Positions 32,701 to 45,079 of a stretch of 50,323 nucleotides of DNA are shown here, piece after piece. The translations under genes were made by a program, and so were the position numbers. This stretch comes from Thraustochytrium aureum (taxonomy: Eukaryota). Each line of letters begins with the position of its first letter. Position 1 is the first letter of the stretch. The stretch is from positions 33,949 to 84,271 of the forward strand of contig BLSG01000168.1 in the NCBI GenBank assembly GCA_012862495.1. Direction: 5' to 3'. The notes below the pieces were generated by a model. It made no database searches, was not told where the DNA came from, and worked only from the letters and a program-made list of their open reading frames with translations.

Positions 32701-35700
32701 TCTGGTCTTCCAGGCCTTCCTTCGTCGCCATAAAGTTGAGGAGATTGACTTTGACGCAAATCTCTGGTGCAAAATGTGGGTTTGCGAGCTTGGTCGTGAT
32801 GTAGAGGCGGAATCCGGGGTTGAACTCGACGCTCTTGTCGCCAAGCCGCACCATCTGCAAACCGTTGGAGATGAATGTCTGCTTGAGCAGCAGGGGCTCG
32901 AGCAGGCTATCGAGCTCTTCTCCGACGCCTTCGACTAGGAGAGGGAAGCCAAACTGGACCGCGTTTTCCACCGTGCGCGAAAACAAGGCGTCATCTTGCT
33001 TGGTAACTTTCAGAGCCGCGGCAGCTGGAGGAGCGGCGGCGGCGGCGCCGCCGCGGCCGCCTCTGCCAATCTTTGGCGCAGGCTGCTGCTTGCTTGCAGC
33101 TCGAGCCGCAAGGGCCGAGATAGCCCCACGGCTGCGCGGCGCGCCCTCGTCCACACCCGCGTCGAGTTCAGGCTGCCGGGCTGACCGACTTGCCTCCATC
33201 CTGTAGACCCACTTGATCGCCTGACCTTGCGGGTCAATCATTAGAGGCCATCGCTCGCTGTTGTGCAACATAATGGCATTGTCTACACTGAACGAGTCTG
33301 TTGGGAGGAGGTCCAAGTGCCACTGCCGGATCTGCACAGGATCCCCAAGCGTTGCCGGGAGCGAAAACGTCGCCGTGGAAGACACCGGGATTGCTTCTTC
33401 CTCGAGAAGCGAAATCCAGCGGGAAATGCACGCCTCGCGATACGAAACCGTGAATGGCCCCAAGTACGCAACCACGCCGGACGAGATCAGAATGTCTCCG
33501 GTCACGTTCTCGAACTGGCGCGAAAGTTCTGTGCACCTCACTGACCAACGCTCCTTTTCCGAGGCGAGCGCGGAGATAAGCTTCGTGGCGCGCTGCAGCT
33601 TGGTTTTGCAATGTCCAACCTTTTCGTTGAGGTCGGCCTTCTTCTCGTTGGCGGCCTCAAACTGCGCTACAAGTCGGGCAAGCAGTGCTTCGACCTCGTG
33701 CAGGGATGCCTTCTTGTCTGCCAGCTCTGCCTCAGACTTTTCGAGAGCCGCGTTTGCCTCTTGCAGTGCTGCGCGCTTTGGCGCCACCACCTTGGCAACG
33801 TCGTCGTACTGCACCATGGCATGAACCCACTTGCAGAGCCCCGCCGCAGCCTTGGAGGCGTTTCGGACAACTTCTGGCGTAAACGCCTCCATGCGCGTGT
33901 ACGCCGAAATCCGCTCGATCGTTGAAGCTGGAATGGTATCCTTGTCAAAGTGCATCAGCTTCTGCAGGAAGCGAGGGTCTGCCAGCAACTCCTTTTGCGC
34001 GACTTCCCAGTAATCGTCGACCTTTCCCCTTCCAGTGGGGTTGGGGATCTTTTTGGGCGAAAAGCCCATCATGATGCAGACGGCCTCCATTGTGAGCTTT
34101 ACGCCGTCGGGCGGCTTCTTCATGTGCCGCACCTCAACGATGTCGCTCTTCTTCAGCGTCCGAAGAGCTTTGATTGCGCTCTCGAGCGCTGGCATTGCTA
34201 CCTCGAGCTGGCGTGCACAATCGTTTTTGATCGCAAGAGCGGCCTCGGCCTGCGCGTTGCAAGCGGACTCCTCGCGCTTCACGACGGCCTTCGTGGCGTC
34301 TGCGTCGCGACGTTTCCCTGCAACGTCGACCATGAGGGCCTCCGCCTCCTCGGTGGCCTTGTGCAAGATGGGTTGCAGCGCAGTGAGTTCTTCTTGCATC
34401 GTTGCGACGTTCCGCTCTGTCTCTAAGAGCTTTTGGAGGCCTTGCTCGAAGCGAGCCCGCCGCGCGTCGACGCGCTCCCGGACCTGACCGAGCAACTTGG
34501 TGAACGCCTTGATAAGCTCCAAGTAGCTGGTCGGCGTCACGTAGTAGTGCCGCCCTTCTATCTCCCTGTACGCGATGGTCAGGGCCTCCACGCGCTGCTG
34601 CATGTCGACGCAGACGTCGATCACCCCGCGCAGGACGTCTTCGCTGAGCCCGAGGTCGCACAAAAAGGTGCTTGCAACTGCCTGCAGCGCGCCCCGGCCC
34701 CAGCTAGTGATCCAGTCAATGTAGCAGCAGTTCACGAGCGAAGGAAAGCTGCGCAGCCTGGGCCGAAACAGTGGGGAAACCGGCGAAAAGCACAGCGCAA
34801 GTCGCAGGTTGCGCTTGCACTGGTCCACAAAGTATCGGTAGGCGAGTGCCGAGCCAGACTCGTGCGATGCGCTGTCTTGTTGCGGCAGGGCGCTGTCAAT
34901 CCCTGCCCATCGTCTAGCAGCGGCAAGGCACTGCTCCGTAATCTGGCCAAGTTCGTCGGCCCCGAGGAGACCCGGAACTTGACCGGAGTTGAGGAGATTG
35001 TTCACGTCCTCTACCATGCCTTCGTCCGCGATCTGGGTGTCAGAGAGAAGAAACACAATGGGAATCCCAGTGCCCATAGCGTCTATGCAAACTCTGGCCC
35101 GCGGAGAGGTGCTTGCTTGCTGCTCTGCTGCTCGGCCAAGGCCGGCAACAAGCACCACTTGCCGCAAATCTTCCCGCCAGTCTGAAGCCGTGTACGACCC
35201 CGTTGCCTTGACCTGAAATAGCTTGAAGCCCACGATAAAGGTTGCTAGAGTCGTGAGGCTCTTTCTGCCAGATCCACCGACGCCGACCAGGAGTGCATGG
35301 CCAAGCGGCTGCTGAATACAACGCGCAATCCGTGTGATGTGCTGAATCGCGCTCTCAAACAGGACTAGATGCATCGGCTTGTCGGACTCCTCGTTGTACC
35401 GGGAAAGGAGATCCGCGACGACCTGGTCGACCTCGCCAGCCGCAGGCGCTTCGCGGTAGCCTTTGGATGTTGAAGCGGGGTAGAAGAAATTGCCAAACAT
35501 CATGCTTGTCCCAAGTTGCGGCGCCTGATCGTTGCCGTTGCCTCCAGGAGCAAGGCTCACGGACGACCTGGCCCGCGCCAAGTACCTTCCGAAGGCTTTT
35601 GCCCACGGCGTTGAGAAATAGGTGTCGACCTTAACCGCAAGAGCTTCCTCAAACCATGCCTTGTCGCCGTCACAAACAAGGCGATCCTCGAAGACGCGGA

Positions 35701-38700
35701 GGCACTCGTGAGCCCAGAGACGGACCCAAGGCTCGTCGTTGACGCGCCCGGGTGCTGGTTCGCCTGGCTCGCGCCCGAGATCTGCTCCCGCTAGGGCAAT
35801 CCCTTGGAACACTTTGGCAAGGTCCCTCATGTTGAACAGGTAGTGCGACTTGTTCGGCGTGGGCAACAGACCGACCGACACGGTCTGGTAGATGTCGATG
35901 GTTGCGTTCACGACCGCGTCTGCAAAAGACCCTGACGCTGTTGCAGCCGTGGCCCTTCGAAGGCCGGTCGGGTCGCCGCGTGGGGCCAAAAGGCCTGGGG
36001 CAGTGGCGCCAAAGTGCCACCTTGTCACCGCTGAAAAGATGTGGCGCATCGAGTCTGGGTCCACAGACAGGTAGCACAACACGCTGAAGTGCCGACGGTA
36101 CCGAGCAGTGATGGCGCTGCGCCCGCCGCCAGGTGGGGCCATCGCTGCCGCAAACTGCAGTCCCACCAGCTCGCGAAAGGACATCTCTTTGAGGTCGTAC
36201 CAGCCACGATGGTCGACGAGCTGGCGAAGAAGCTCAATGGGCGGCTGCGCGCCGTAGATTTCCTTCTTGGGCATGTTCAGGTCGTCGATGAATACGACGC
36301 AGCGCTTTCCAAACGGGGGGCCAAAGACACCTTTTCTTCTGCGCTCGAGGTGGCTGTCGATGATGGCTTGCGTGTCTTTCGCGCGGGTTTGCGCGGAAAA
36401 CTGGATTGACAGCGACCCGAAAACAGCCGGATCGAGATCCCGCTTGAGGTACTTGTTGATGCTCGCGGACTTGCCCGTGCCAGTCGGCCCGACGCACAGG
36501 ACGTGCCGCCCGCGCTTCACCAGAAGGTCCAGAACCTTTGTATTGCGCACGAGGTCAAGTGTGGGAACTAGGAGCGTCGCAAACGTCTCTCCTGGGGAAA
36601 TCTCGCCCTGTGGCAAGTGCTCGGAGTAGCGCTCCCAGGAGTAGTTCCACGCACTGCTGTCGGTTGGTCTCCGTTCGACGAACAGGTCGAACAGACTGCC
36701 GAGAGGTGGCAGACATGCTAGGCTCGCCACCTCTGCAGCGCAGAGGGCTGCGCACTGTCTGCTGTCCTCAGCAAGAGTTGCTCTCCGAGGGTCTGCAGTG
36801 ACGCTGTCAACTCGCATGAATCCCCGAAAGCCATCAAGCTTCGGAGATGATCTTCGAATTTAGCGCGACTTGCCAACGAGTCGAGGGAGGCCCCGACGCT
36901 CCACACGAGTGACCAGAGAAACCAGCTGGCGAGAAGAGAGTCGAGGCGCTCCGACTGCGGAAAGACCTGATTGCCCATGGCTACTTCGTCGCGGCGCTCT
37001 GACTGCTCCAACACCTGATTGCCCATGGCCACTTCGCCGTCGGCGCCCGCCTCAAAGCGTGAACTTTCGAGCTCTGAGAGCGTCCCAAGCAACGCTCCGA
37101 ACGCGTCTATAACAGCTCGAACTAGCTCCATTCGGCTTAGCGGGAGGACGCACCGAACTCCACCGAGGTCGAGCCCGTCGAGGGCGACGGGCACGACGCC
37201 TTCAAAGAGGGACCGAATCAAAGCCGTGCGGCTCTGCAGGCTCCGCGGCAGCCCATACGCAAGAAACGATTCCATCAGCGTACGCCATCCGATCCCGCTC
37301 TGCTCCAGGTAGACCATGCCGCACCGGAAACTGTGGCGGGGCTGGCCACCGCCAGATCCTCCACCTCGTACACCATGCTCATCCTGTCGGTGAGGCGTAT
37401 GATCTCGCCAGAATTGAGGCACAATTTTTTGTTGTCGTCCAGCACAGTGTTCATGTCCTCGATCCACACGGCGTCTACCGGGCCGTCGAACACGATCCAG
37501 TGGAAATCGGCGCTTTCATCTTTGGAGCAATTTCGCATCGCAACCGCAAGGACTCCATCCTGCCACTCGTGTGTTGACGGATCAAAGCAGCCGTACAATT
37601 GCGTCTGGCACAGCGCCTTCGGGTTGATCTTGTGGAGGTGGACTTGCTTCTCCGGCGTGCTCGCTTGCAGGCCGGCGCGCAACACGTGAAGCACACTGGA
37701 CTTGCTCGACATGGTCTCGCCAACCAACATGAGCCCGTGCCGAACAGCCGCCGTCTCGTACATCTGGTAGCATTTCTCCAAGAATGTGGGATGGGGCTGG
37801 AGCTTGAATTCTTCACACGCCTTGAACAGCGCACCGTTCAGGGCGCCATAGTTGGCCACGGGCGGTTGCACCCCGGGAAACAAGTCTCTCACGATGCCCT
37901 TGAACAGCGGGATATCGTGCCCAACGAATTTGGGCAGGTTGGCATTCTCAATAGCGCAGAGCGCGAGGGCCGCCTCACATTGGTCTGCTGGATGCGTGCG
38001 CTTGAGCTTGCCCGCCGCGTCGAGAATGGTTTTCACAGCGCGCATGCCATAGTCGTAGTGGTCTTGGGCGGAGAGCTGCTCGCTACATAGGTGCAAGACC
38101 TGAGTAATCTTGCGAGCCATGCTGCGTGCGTTCGAAAACCCGTACGAGAAGAGCACTATCTCAGCGATCATAGCATAGTCTGGCACCATCATGGCGCAAG
38201 GGCGAAACAGCGCAGCGAGGTTGTCCGGGAGCTCTGAGCGGCCTGCGTAGCCTGGATTCATCGTGATGAAGACGTTGCACGAGGGCTTGAGGGCAAGGCT
38301 GTGCGTCCCTTCGAAGGTGAACACGTGCAAACCCCTGCGCTTTGCGTTCTGGATCGTGGCAATTTGCTGGCCGACCACTGAGAGCACTTCAATGTCGATG
38401 CGATTGAACTCGTCAAAGCAAGCCCACGCCCCAGACGCGGCCAGCCCCTTAAAGAACTTGCCCATGGCCAAGAAGTCAAGGCCGTCAGACCCGTTGAAGA
38501 CCACACACTGCGTTGCAAGGGCCTTTGCTAGGTCTTTGGTGGTCTCGGTCTTGCCCGTTCCCGCGGGGCCGGCTGGAGCCCCGCCATACGTCAAGGCGAT
38601 TGCCCCAACGAGCGTGCGGTAGCAACGATCCGTCAAAGGGGTGATCACCAATCTCGAGCTGTTGCCCAGGTACTCAAACTGGTACGGCTGCGTTGCATTC

Positions 38701-41700
38701 GTGATGCGGACATCGACTGCGCAGCTCCCGAGGCCTTGAATCGAACTCCTTCGCCCGGCAGTCAAACTGCTCGCCGTCTCCGACGAGCTGAGCGTTCGCG
38801 TTCGCCGGCTCGCACGCGGCGAAAACTGTCTTGGGCTCGCTGGCCCGGCGGCGGGGCTGGCGGAGCCCGCAGCGAGGTCTGGCGGTGTCCTGTAGTAATA
38901 GTAGCGAAGTTGTGACTGCCACTGGAACTCCATAACCGCATCCTCATTTTGAGCAGCCACACCAGANNNNNNNNNNNNNNNNNNNNNNNNNNNNNNNNNN
39001 NNNNNNNNNNNNNNNNNNNNNNNNNNNNNNNNNNNNNNNNNNNNNNNNNNNNNNNNNNNNNNNNNNNNNNNNNNNNNNNNNNNNNNNNNNNNNNNNNNNN
39101 NNNNNNNNNNNNNNNNNNNNNNNNNNNNNNNNNNNNNNNNNNNNNNNNNNNNNNNNNNNNNNNNNNNNNNNNNNNNNNNNNNNNNNNNNNNNNNNNNNNN
39201 NNNNNNNNNCGCCAACGCGCGCGGGCCTTCCCGCAAGTGCGTTTCCACAGATGCGGTCCAGTGGATTTCGCTTGTGCAAAGCACCACTTGTCCGGGCCAC
39301 TCCAGTACCCAGCGCTCGCGGGGCACCGTTGGGTAGGCCGCGACACAGAGGTCGAGTTGCTGCTGGACAGCTTCGCGCATCCTGACCTCGACCTGCGACA
39401 TCCACAACTCGACGTTGCCCCGCACGCTCGGGTCGTTTGGCAGCACGGGCGTGAGGAAGGCGACATGCTCGCCCTCCCGGCTTTGCATTCCAGTTATTGC
39501 CATTTCGTCATCCTGGCCAGCAAATGTAATGCGGTGCATCCCCTCAAACGACTTGGTCAAGTGGGGCTGCACCGCCATCGGGTCTTTGGCTTGTGAAAGG
39601 ATCTCAAGCAGCTCGTCGTTGGAGAGGAAGAAGAACCGCGGAAAGGAGAGTCGCTTGCTCTCCAAGTACACGTTGAGCCCGCGATGGACAGCTTCCAGCT
39701 TCTCGTTCGCCTCAATGAATGCAACGAGAAGTCCGCGTTCGTGCCTGGAAAGCGGAAAATGAGCACTCCCGCCATCACCCTCAGACTCAGCCCCGCTACT
39801 TTCCAAGCCGGACGACGAGCGCCGACGCTGTCCTGCTCTAGTGCTGCCGCGTTTTGCTCCGCCGGGGTCGCCGAGGCCCATGTCAGACACCTCCATCACG
39901 CTGGGGCTCGCCGCGATGGCGTCCATCGTTTTACGCCAAAGGGCATCAACCCCAGCAAAAGTGCGCGCCTCGCGCGGAAGCTGCTGCATGATATCGTCGG
40001 ACGCGAAAATCGGATGCAGATACAGCCAGGTTCGCTGCAGCGCGAGCCATTCGTCGAGGAGTTGCTGTGTATACTGCAGCTTGTCTTCCCAATCTCTCGC
40101 CCTGGCCTCGATGGGCCTGATAAAGGGGCTGCCGCACATGGTTTGCACCTTGGTGAGCTGCTCGTCCAGCATGGCCGATACCTCCTCGGTTTCCCGGACG
40201 ATCCATGTCCGGGTCTCGCGGTACGGGGCAAGGGTGTACCTGACGGACCCCTCGTCCCACTCGAGGATCATGGTATCGAGCGCCTTTTCCAGCGAGTACT
40301 CCTTCTCCGCCACTTCGCGGATGCTTGCGATCTCGTCTGCGACTGCGGCCACGTTGAGATCAAGGAGGTTTTGCAGCGCAAAGTCCTCCTCTGGCTCGAT
40401 GAGGTCTCCGCTCTCCAAGGTACCTAGTTCATGCAGCAACTCTGAGAGCTGCGCCCAGTGGCGGTGTCGAAGAGCTGGCGAAGCGAGGGCCTGGATTAGC
40501 GGAAGCTGTTCCGCAAACGCGCCAACTTCGCCAAGGATGTACCTCGATACGGATAGTGGCGAATCCTGCTGGCTCTCCTGGAAAAACTCTATGAGCCTGA
40601 GCGACTGCGTGGTCCATTTTTGCACAAGCGCTTCAATAGGCGCCGCCTCAAGCTCGAGAAAGGGTCCCGAGAGCCACTGCCGTCGCTTGAAACCAAACTC
40701 CGAAACTGCAGACCAGAGCTGAAAGTACGGCTCAAAGGCTCCCTTGACCATCTGAAGCTGGGGGTACTCTGTTGGGTACCAACCAAACATTTCCTCGCGC
40801 TTTGCAAAGTCTTGCGCCATGCGGCACGCCTCGTCGAGCCGCTCGTTTAGAGCCACAGCCTCATCTGCGTACTGTTCGCTGTTGCTCAGGTCTGAGTATG
40901 CGCAAAATGCCTCGACCTGGTCGGCAAAGGCGAACACGTCGTCTTCAAAACGGGATTGCTCCTGCTTGAGTGCGTCCATCATTTCCGTTTTCAGTGTGCT
41001 GAGGACGAGAAGGCTTTCTCTGGCAACTGCTCGGATCCGACGGGGCCACAGCCATGTGCCCCAAATCACCCCAAAGTCGCCTGGGTCTGGCATGGGGTGG
41101 CGAAACTCGGTGAGGGTTTCTAGCCGATTCTGCACTTCACGGCATCTGGAGTGGAGCCTCGCAACAGCGTCGTCCAGGTCATTTATATAGTTGCGCAGGC
41201 TGATGAGCTCGGCCTCGTTCCGCGGCGTTTCCTTCATGCGCGCAAGCATGCTCTGGTACATGGTGAGGATCTGAATGCTCTCAGTGCGGGCTTCCACCAC
41301 GATAGCGTCCATAATGGCCCTTGCCACCCCCATGGCCTTGTCAGCGATCCGAGACCGGAGCCGCGTGCAGTCGACCATTACAAGCCCAAGGTGCTCGCAC
41401 TGGTTGGTCTTGGCCTCGACCTCTTTGGCAGCGCGGACGAAATACCCCACTTGCTCACGTTGGAGCTGCGAGAGCGCCTTTGCGTTGCCCAGGCGGGGAA
41501 GGCCAGGCGCGGCGCAAATGCTGGCCTCCACGCCGGCGCCGCTGTCTTCGCAAACGGCGGCCCACTCCTCCACCAGAGCGTCGACGTACTGGTCAATATC
41601 GAGGTGGAGCAAGTCGGCGAACTCGTCGTACAGATCGCGAATTGCGCACGGCGCTTGCAGCAGGTCCTCAAGCAGTTCTCTCGTTTGCTTTCGGGCGGCC

Positions 41701-44598
41701 TCAATCTGCTTGTCAAGGTCAGAGCTGACTGCAGCCCCACAGCCCAGGGGGAGAATTGGCTTGGCGGGATCAGCGAATAGCAGCGGCAGCAAGTCCGTCT
41801 TGAGCTCTTTCACCCCGCCTGCGATCGAGGCAATTCGATCCAGCACGTTGTCAAATGTAGCGCGTATCTCGCACAGCGTTGGTGAGAAANNNNNNNNNNN
41901 NNNNNNNNNNNNNNNNNNNNNNNNNNNNNNNNNNNNNNNNNNNNNNNNNNNNNNNNNNNNNNNNNNNNNNNNNNNNNNNNNNNNNNNNNNNNNNNNNNNN
42001 NNNNNNNNNNNNNNNNNNNNNNNNNNNNNNNNNNNNNNNNNNNNNNNNNNNNNNNNNNNNNNNNNNNNNNNNNNNNNNNNNNNNNNNNNNNNNNNNNNNN
42101 NNNNNNNNNNNNNNNNNNNNNNNNNNNNNNNNNNNNNNNNNNNNNNNNNNNNNNNNNNNNNNNNNNNNNNNNNNNNNNNNNNNNNNNNNNNNNNNNNNNN
42201 NNNNNNNNNNNAGCTGTACACTTTCGTTCTCAACGTCCCACAGACCTCTGACGCAACGAGTTGATTGCTCAGCCTTGCTTTCGGCCCAAATCTCCGCTGG
42301 GTCTCCAGCCTGAGGGAGTCGGCGATGGGATCCATGGCGTCGTGAGCGCAGCTTGGCAATGAGATCCCTGGGCGCGTGAGCGCCTTCGAGCAGTTCCGAT
42401 TCGGAACGCGACGTGCGGACGCTGGGGGGCTGCCGCGCGGAGTATGACTCCACGAGCCGGAGCCACGCAGCGACAGACCTCCCAGTCAGGTCACGCAGCT
42501 GCTGTTGCATCGTCTGGTTAACTTTGACCAGCAAGGCCGGGATTTCAGAGGCGTGGAATACGCTGATGTCGCGCTCATAAAAGTTGAACTCGCCATGCAG
42601 CGCGTCTTGGATGTGGTCCACTATCTGCCTGCGCCAATGGGTTGTCAGAAAAAGCTCGATTCTTTCTGCATGGTCCGCTTGCAGAGCTCCAAAGGCGCCG
42701 ACAGAGCATGGGAGCTCCAGCGGCTTGAACCGATCTGGGGGTGTCGGCTCTGTCCTCATCGCGCCGCCTCGAATCACAGGAAACCTTTGCGGATAGTCTC
42801 GCGTCGCTTCCGTGGCCATTGTGATGTCGACAAGTAGACACAACTCCAGCGATGTCTGCCAGACTTGTTGAAGCCAATCGATCGAGCTGCAGACAGCTGG
42901 GTTGCTGCTCGGATGGAGGCACTTGATTCGCGCCGCCGCGCGCCGTGTTTGCGCTTCTGCAGGACCATCCGTCACCGGCACGAGTCCGCATTTGCGAGAA
43001 TAGAATGCGCTTGCAGCAGGCGGCAAAGGCAGGTGCACCACTTTTCGTCTCGCCAGCATGTCCCGGAAGGCAGGTTCGCGCGCAAAATACTGGAGCACTC
43101 CGAGCCGAAGCGCGAGAAGGTACTCCCTCTTGACCTGGACAATAAGCTGTTTCAGCTCGTCGCCTCTGCTGTCCAGATAGGACTGCGCTTCCCGGGCCGA
43201 GGAGCCGAGAACAGTCCGATCCAGGATGTTTTCCAACCTGCTCGCAGAAATTGGAGCAGGTGAGCTAGTGCCTGGCGCCCAGCGCTCGAGCAGAGCGTTC
43301 AGCCGAAGAGCGCTTTTGCAGAGGTTGCGTCGCTCGCGGCACCGCTCGATGCGAGCCGCAAATGCCTCCGGGTCCTCGGTGTTGAACCGCAGCGAAATGC
43401 GCTTCACGTCTTTCCGTTGCCCCGAAGGAAATTCGACTCTGTAGCGCCCCGAGCGAACGTCAAAGGCGAGGACTTGGCAAGCCTGCCACTGCCACGCCCC
43501 GCACCCGCGATACCGTAGTGACTGGGCAGGAACACCCTGTGAGCCGCCGATGCTGGCCAAGCGCACCACTGCGGCTTGAAGTTTCTGGTCCACGGCCGCG
43601 CAGGTGTCATCATCGAAGGCCTCCATCGGAAGAGCTGCTTTGTTAAGGACGATCGGCGCTTCGTCGTCGTCGTCGAAGCCAAGGCGCGCCCATGCCTCGC
43701 GGGCGGCATCCTGCGTTGGCGAGCGCTCCTCCAGGTTGTTGCTGGAGTGCGCTGGCGTCCCTCCCGATTCCTCAAAAGAAACTCGAATCGCCTTTTCTGC
43801 CCGGCGCAGATTGGGTTCTGTCGGTGGAGTGGGGTGCAGCCCAACCGCCTTGCGCCGCTCTGGGGCCTCAATCTCGCATCTTTCCGCGTCTGTGGCGGTG
43901 ACGACTTGGGGGGGGCGTGAATGTGTCGTCCGCGTCCCCCCTGCGCTAGAAAGCCGAAGGCGACGGCCTGGGTGCGGGGATTCCAGCCTCCGGTAGGTCA
44001 GCGAGGACTTTGGTCTCGCTGATCTGGGTCGTTGGCTGGCGGCGGGCTCGCTTTCATGAAGCAGTCTTGGGCTCAGCACGCTGCCGCCCTCGGCCCCCGA
44101 GTACAGCATGCCGATACGTTCGCTTGGGCGCAGAGCTGCAAACCTGTCTGCTATTAAGAGCGCGTCGGTGTTTACGCTTTTAACGCTGTCGCTTGGCGGG
44201 CTATCGACTTCGGGCCCCGCCATGCGCCCGGGGGATTCGCGCGGCGGAGAAGCCACTGCCTCGTCGAGTCCGTACTTGGGCGCGCCAGAACCAGGGCGCT
44301 TGTACTTTTCGAGGGCCTGCTGCAGCTCTGGCTCGCGCGCCACGGAAACGCTGACAAGAGCGCCCCAGTTTGCGCGGTGTTTGGCAGAGGGCTGGAGTCG
44401 CTTTGCAGAGTACGGCTTGTACTCTGCCCTGTGCGAAGCCGCTGGCAGCACGAACGCGCTCTTCGGCCTCGACGCGCGCCCCCCATCGGGCTTCCGCCGC
44501 GCCGTTCGGCCCTCCTTCGCCTTGCGCCCAAGCAAGACTGCGCCACGTCCACCTTGCAGAAGCTCTTTGGCGAGCGAGTCGGGCACGCTCGCGTCCAT
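29774..44598 (-). CDS. Axonemal dynein heavy chain, single-headed inner-arm type (DNAH1/3/7-like); several frameshifts and two N gaps
   Basis: Linker [20 protein letters not shown]1 [14 protein letters not shown] and [13 protein letters not shown]3 [11 protein letters not shown]4 [10 protein letters not shown]; stalk/MTBD; AAA5 [14 protein letters not shown]6 ISMGQGQG and [10 protein letters not shown]-terminus GVLSTTGHS...[15 protein letters not shown]. The N-terminal LPMEAFDD...[18 protein letters not shown] resembles the DNAH1-type tail. The start at 44598 is inferred. Confidence 0.95.
36940..37035 (-). repeat. In-frame 48-bp tandem duplication within the dynein gene ([16 protein letters not shown] / [16 protein letters not shown])
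   Basis: Two diverged 48-nt units start at 37035 and 36987. Confidence 0.9.
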
Positions 44599-45079
44599 GC
44601 CCGCCAGCGCACCGCCACGCGCCGAGCGCGCCGCGCCGCTGGCAAAGACCAATAGCACCTAGAGAAAGACCCAGCACGCGCTGCGCTCCGCGGCCAGCAG
44701 CCCTGCGTTCCGCCACTGCCGCGCGAGCCCACCACCGGCTTGGCCGTTACGTTCCGCTCCTCCTCTTCTTTTGGCGCCCCACACAAACGAATCTTTCTTT
44801 AGTTCTTTCTCCTGCTTGCTCCTAGTTGAGCTTCGCGAATCACTGATTGTTCTCCAAGGAAAGCAAAGCTGATCTTGCAAGAAAGGTGGAGGAACGAGGG
44901 GGCAGACACGCAACGCGGAGAGCGCGAGCGCCGGTCGCGGGTCGCGGGCGGCGCGCGGGGCGCACGTTGTGCCGGCCAGTTGCGCGCGCGCGAGGGCTAG
45001 CGGGCTTGGCCCGCCTGGCCTGCTCGATTCGGCCCTTCGCTGGCCGTGCGGGGGCGCGTTTTATCCGTTCTCGGCCGGG

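Noticed and set aside
29774..44598. Dynein, FolC, PKD2-like and Kdo transferase genes as pseudogenes or programmed-frameshift genes
   Set aside because: Shifts go in both directions, sit at homopolymer runs and share no signal, while the conserved motifs are otherwise intact. Sequencing error is more parsimonious.
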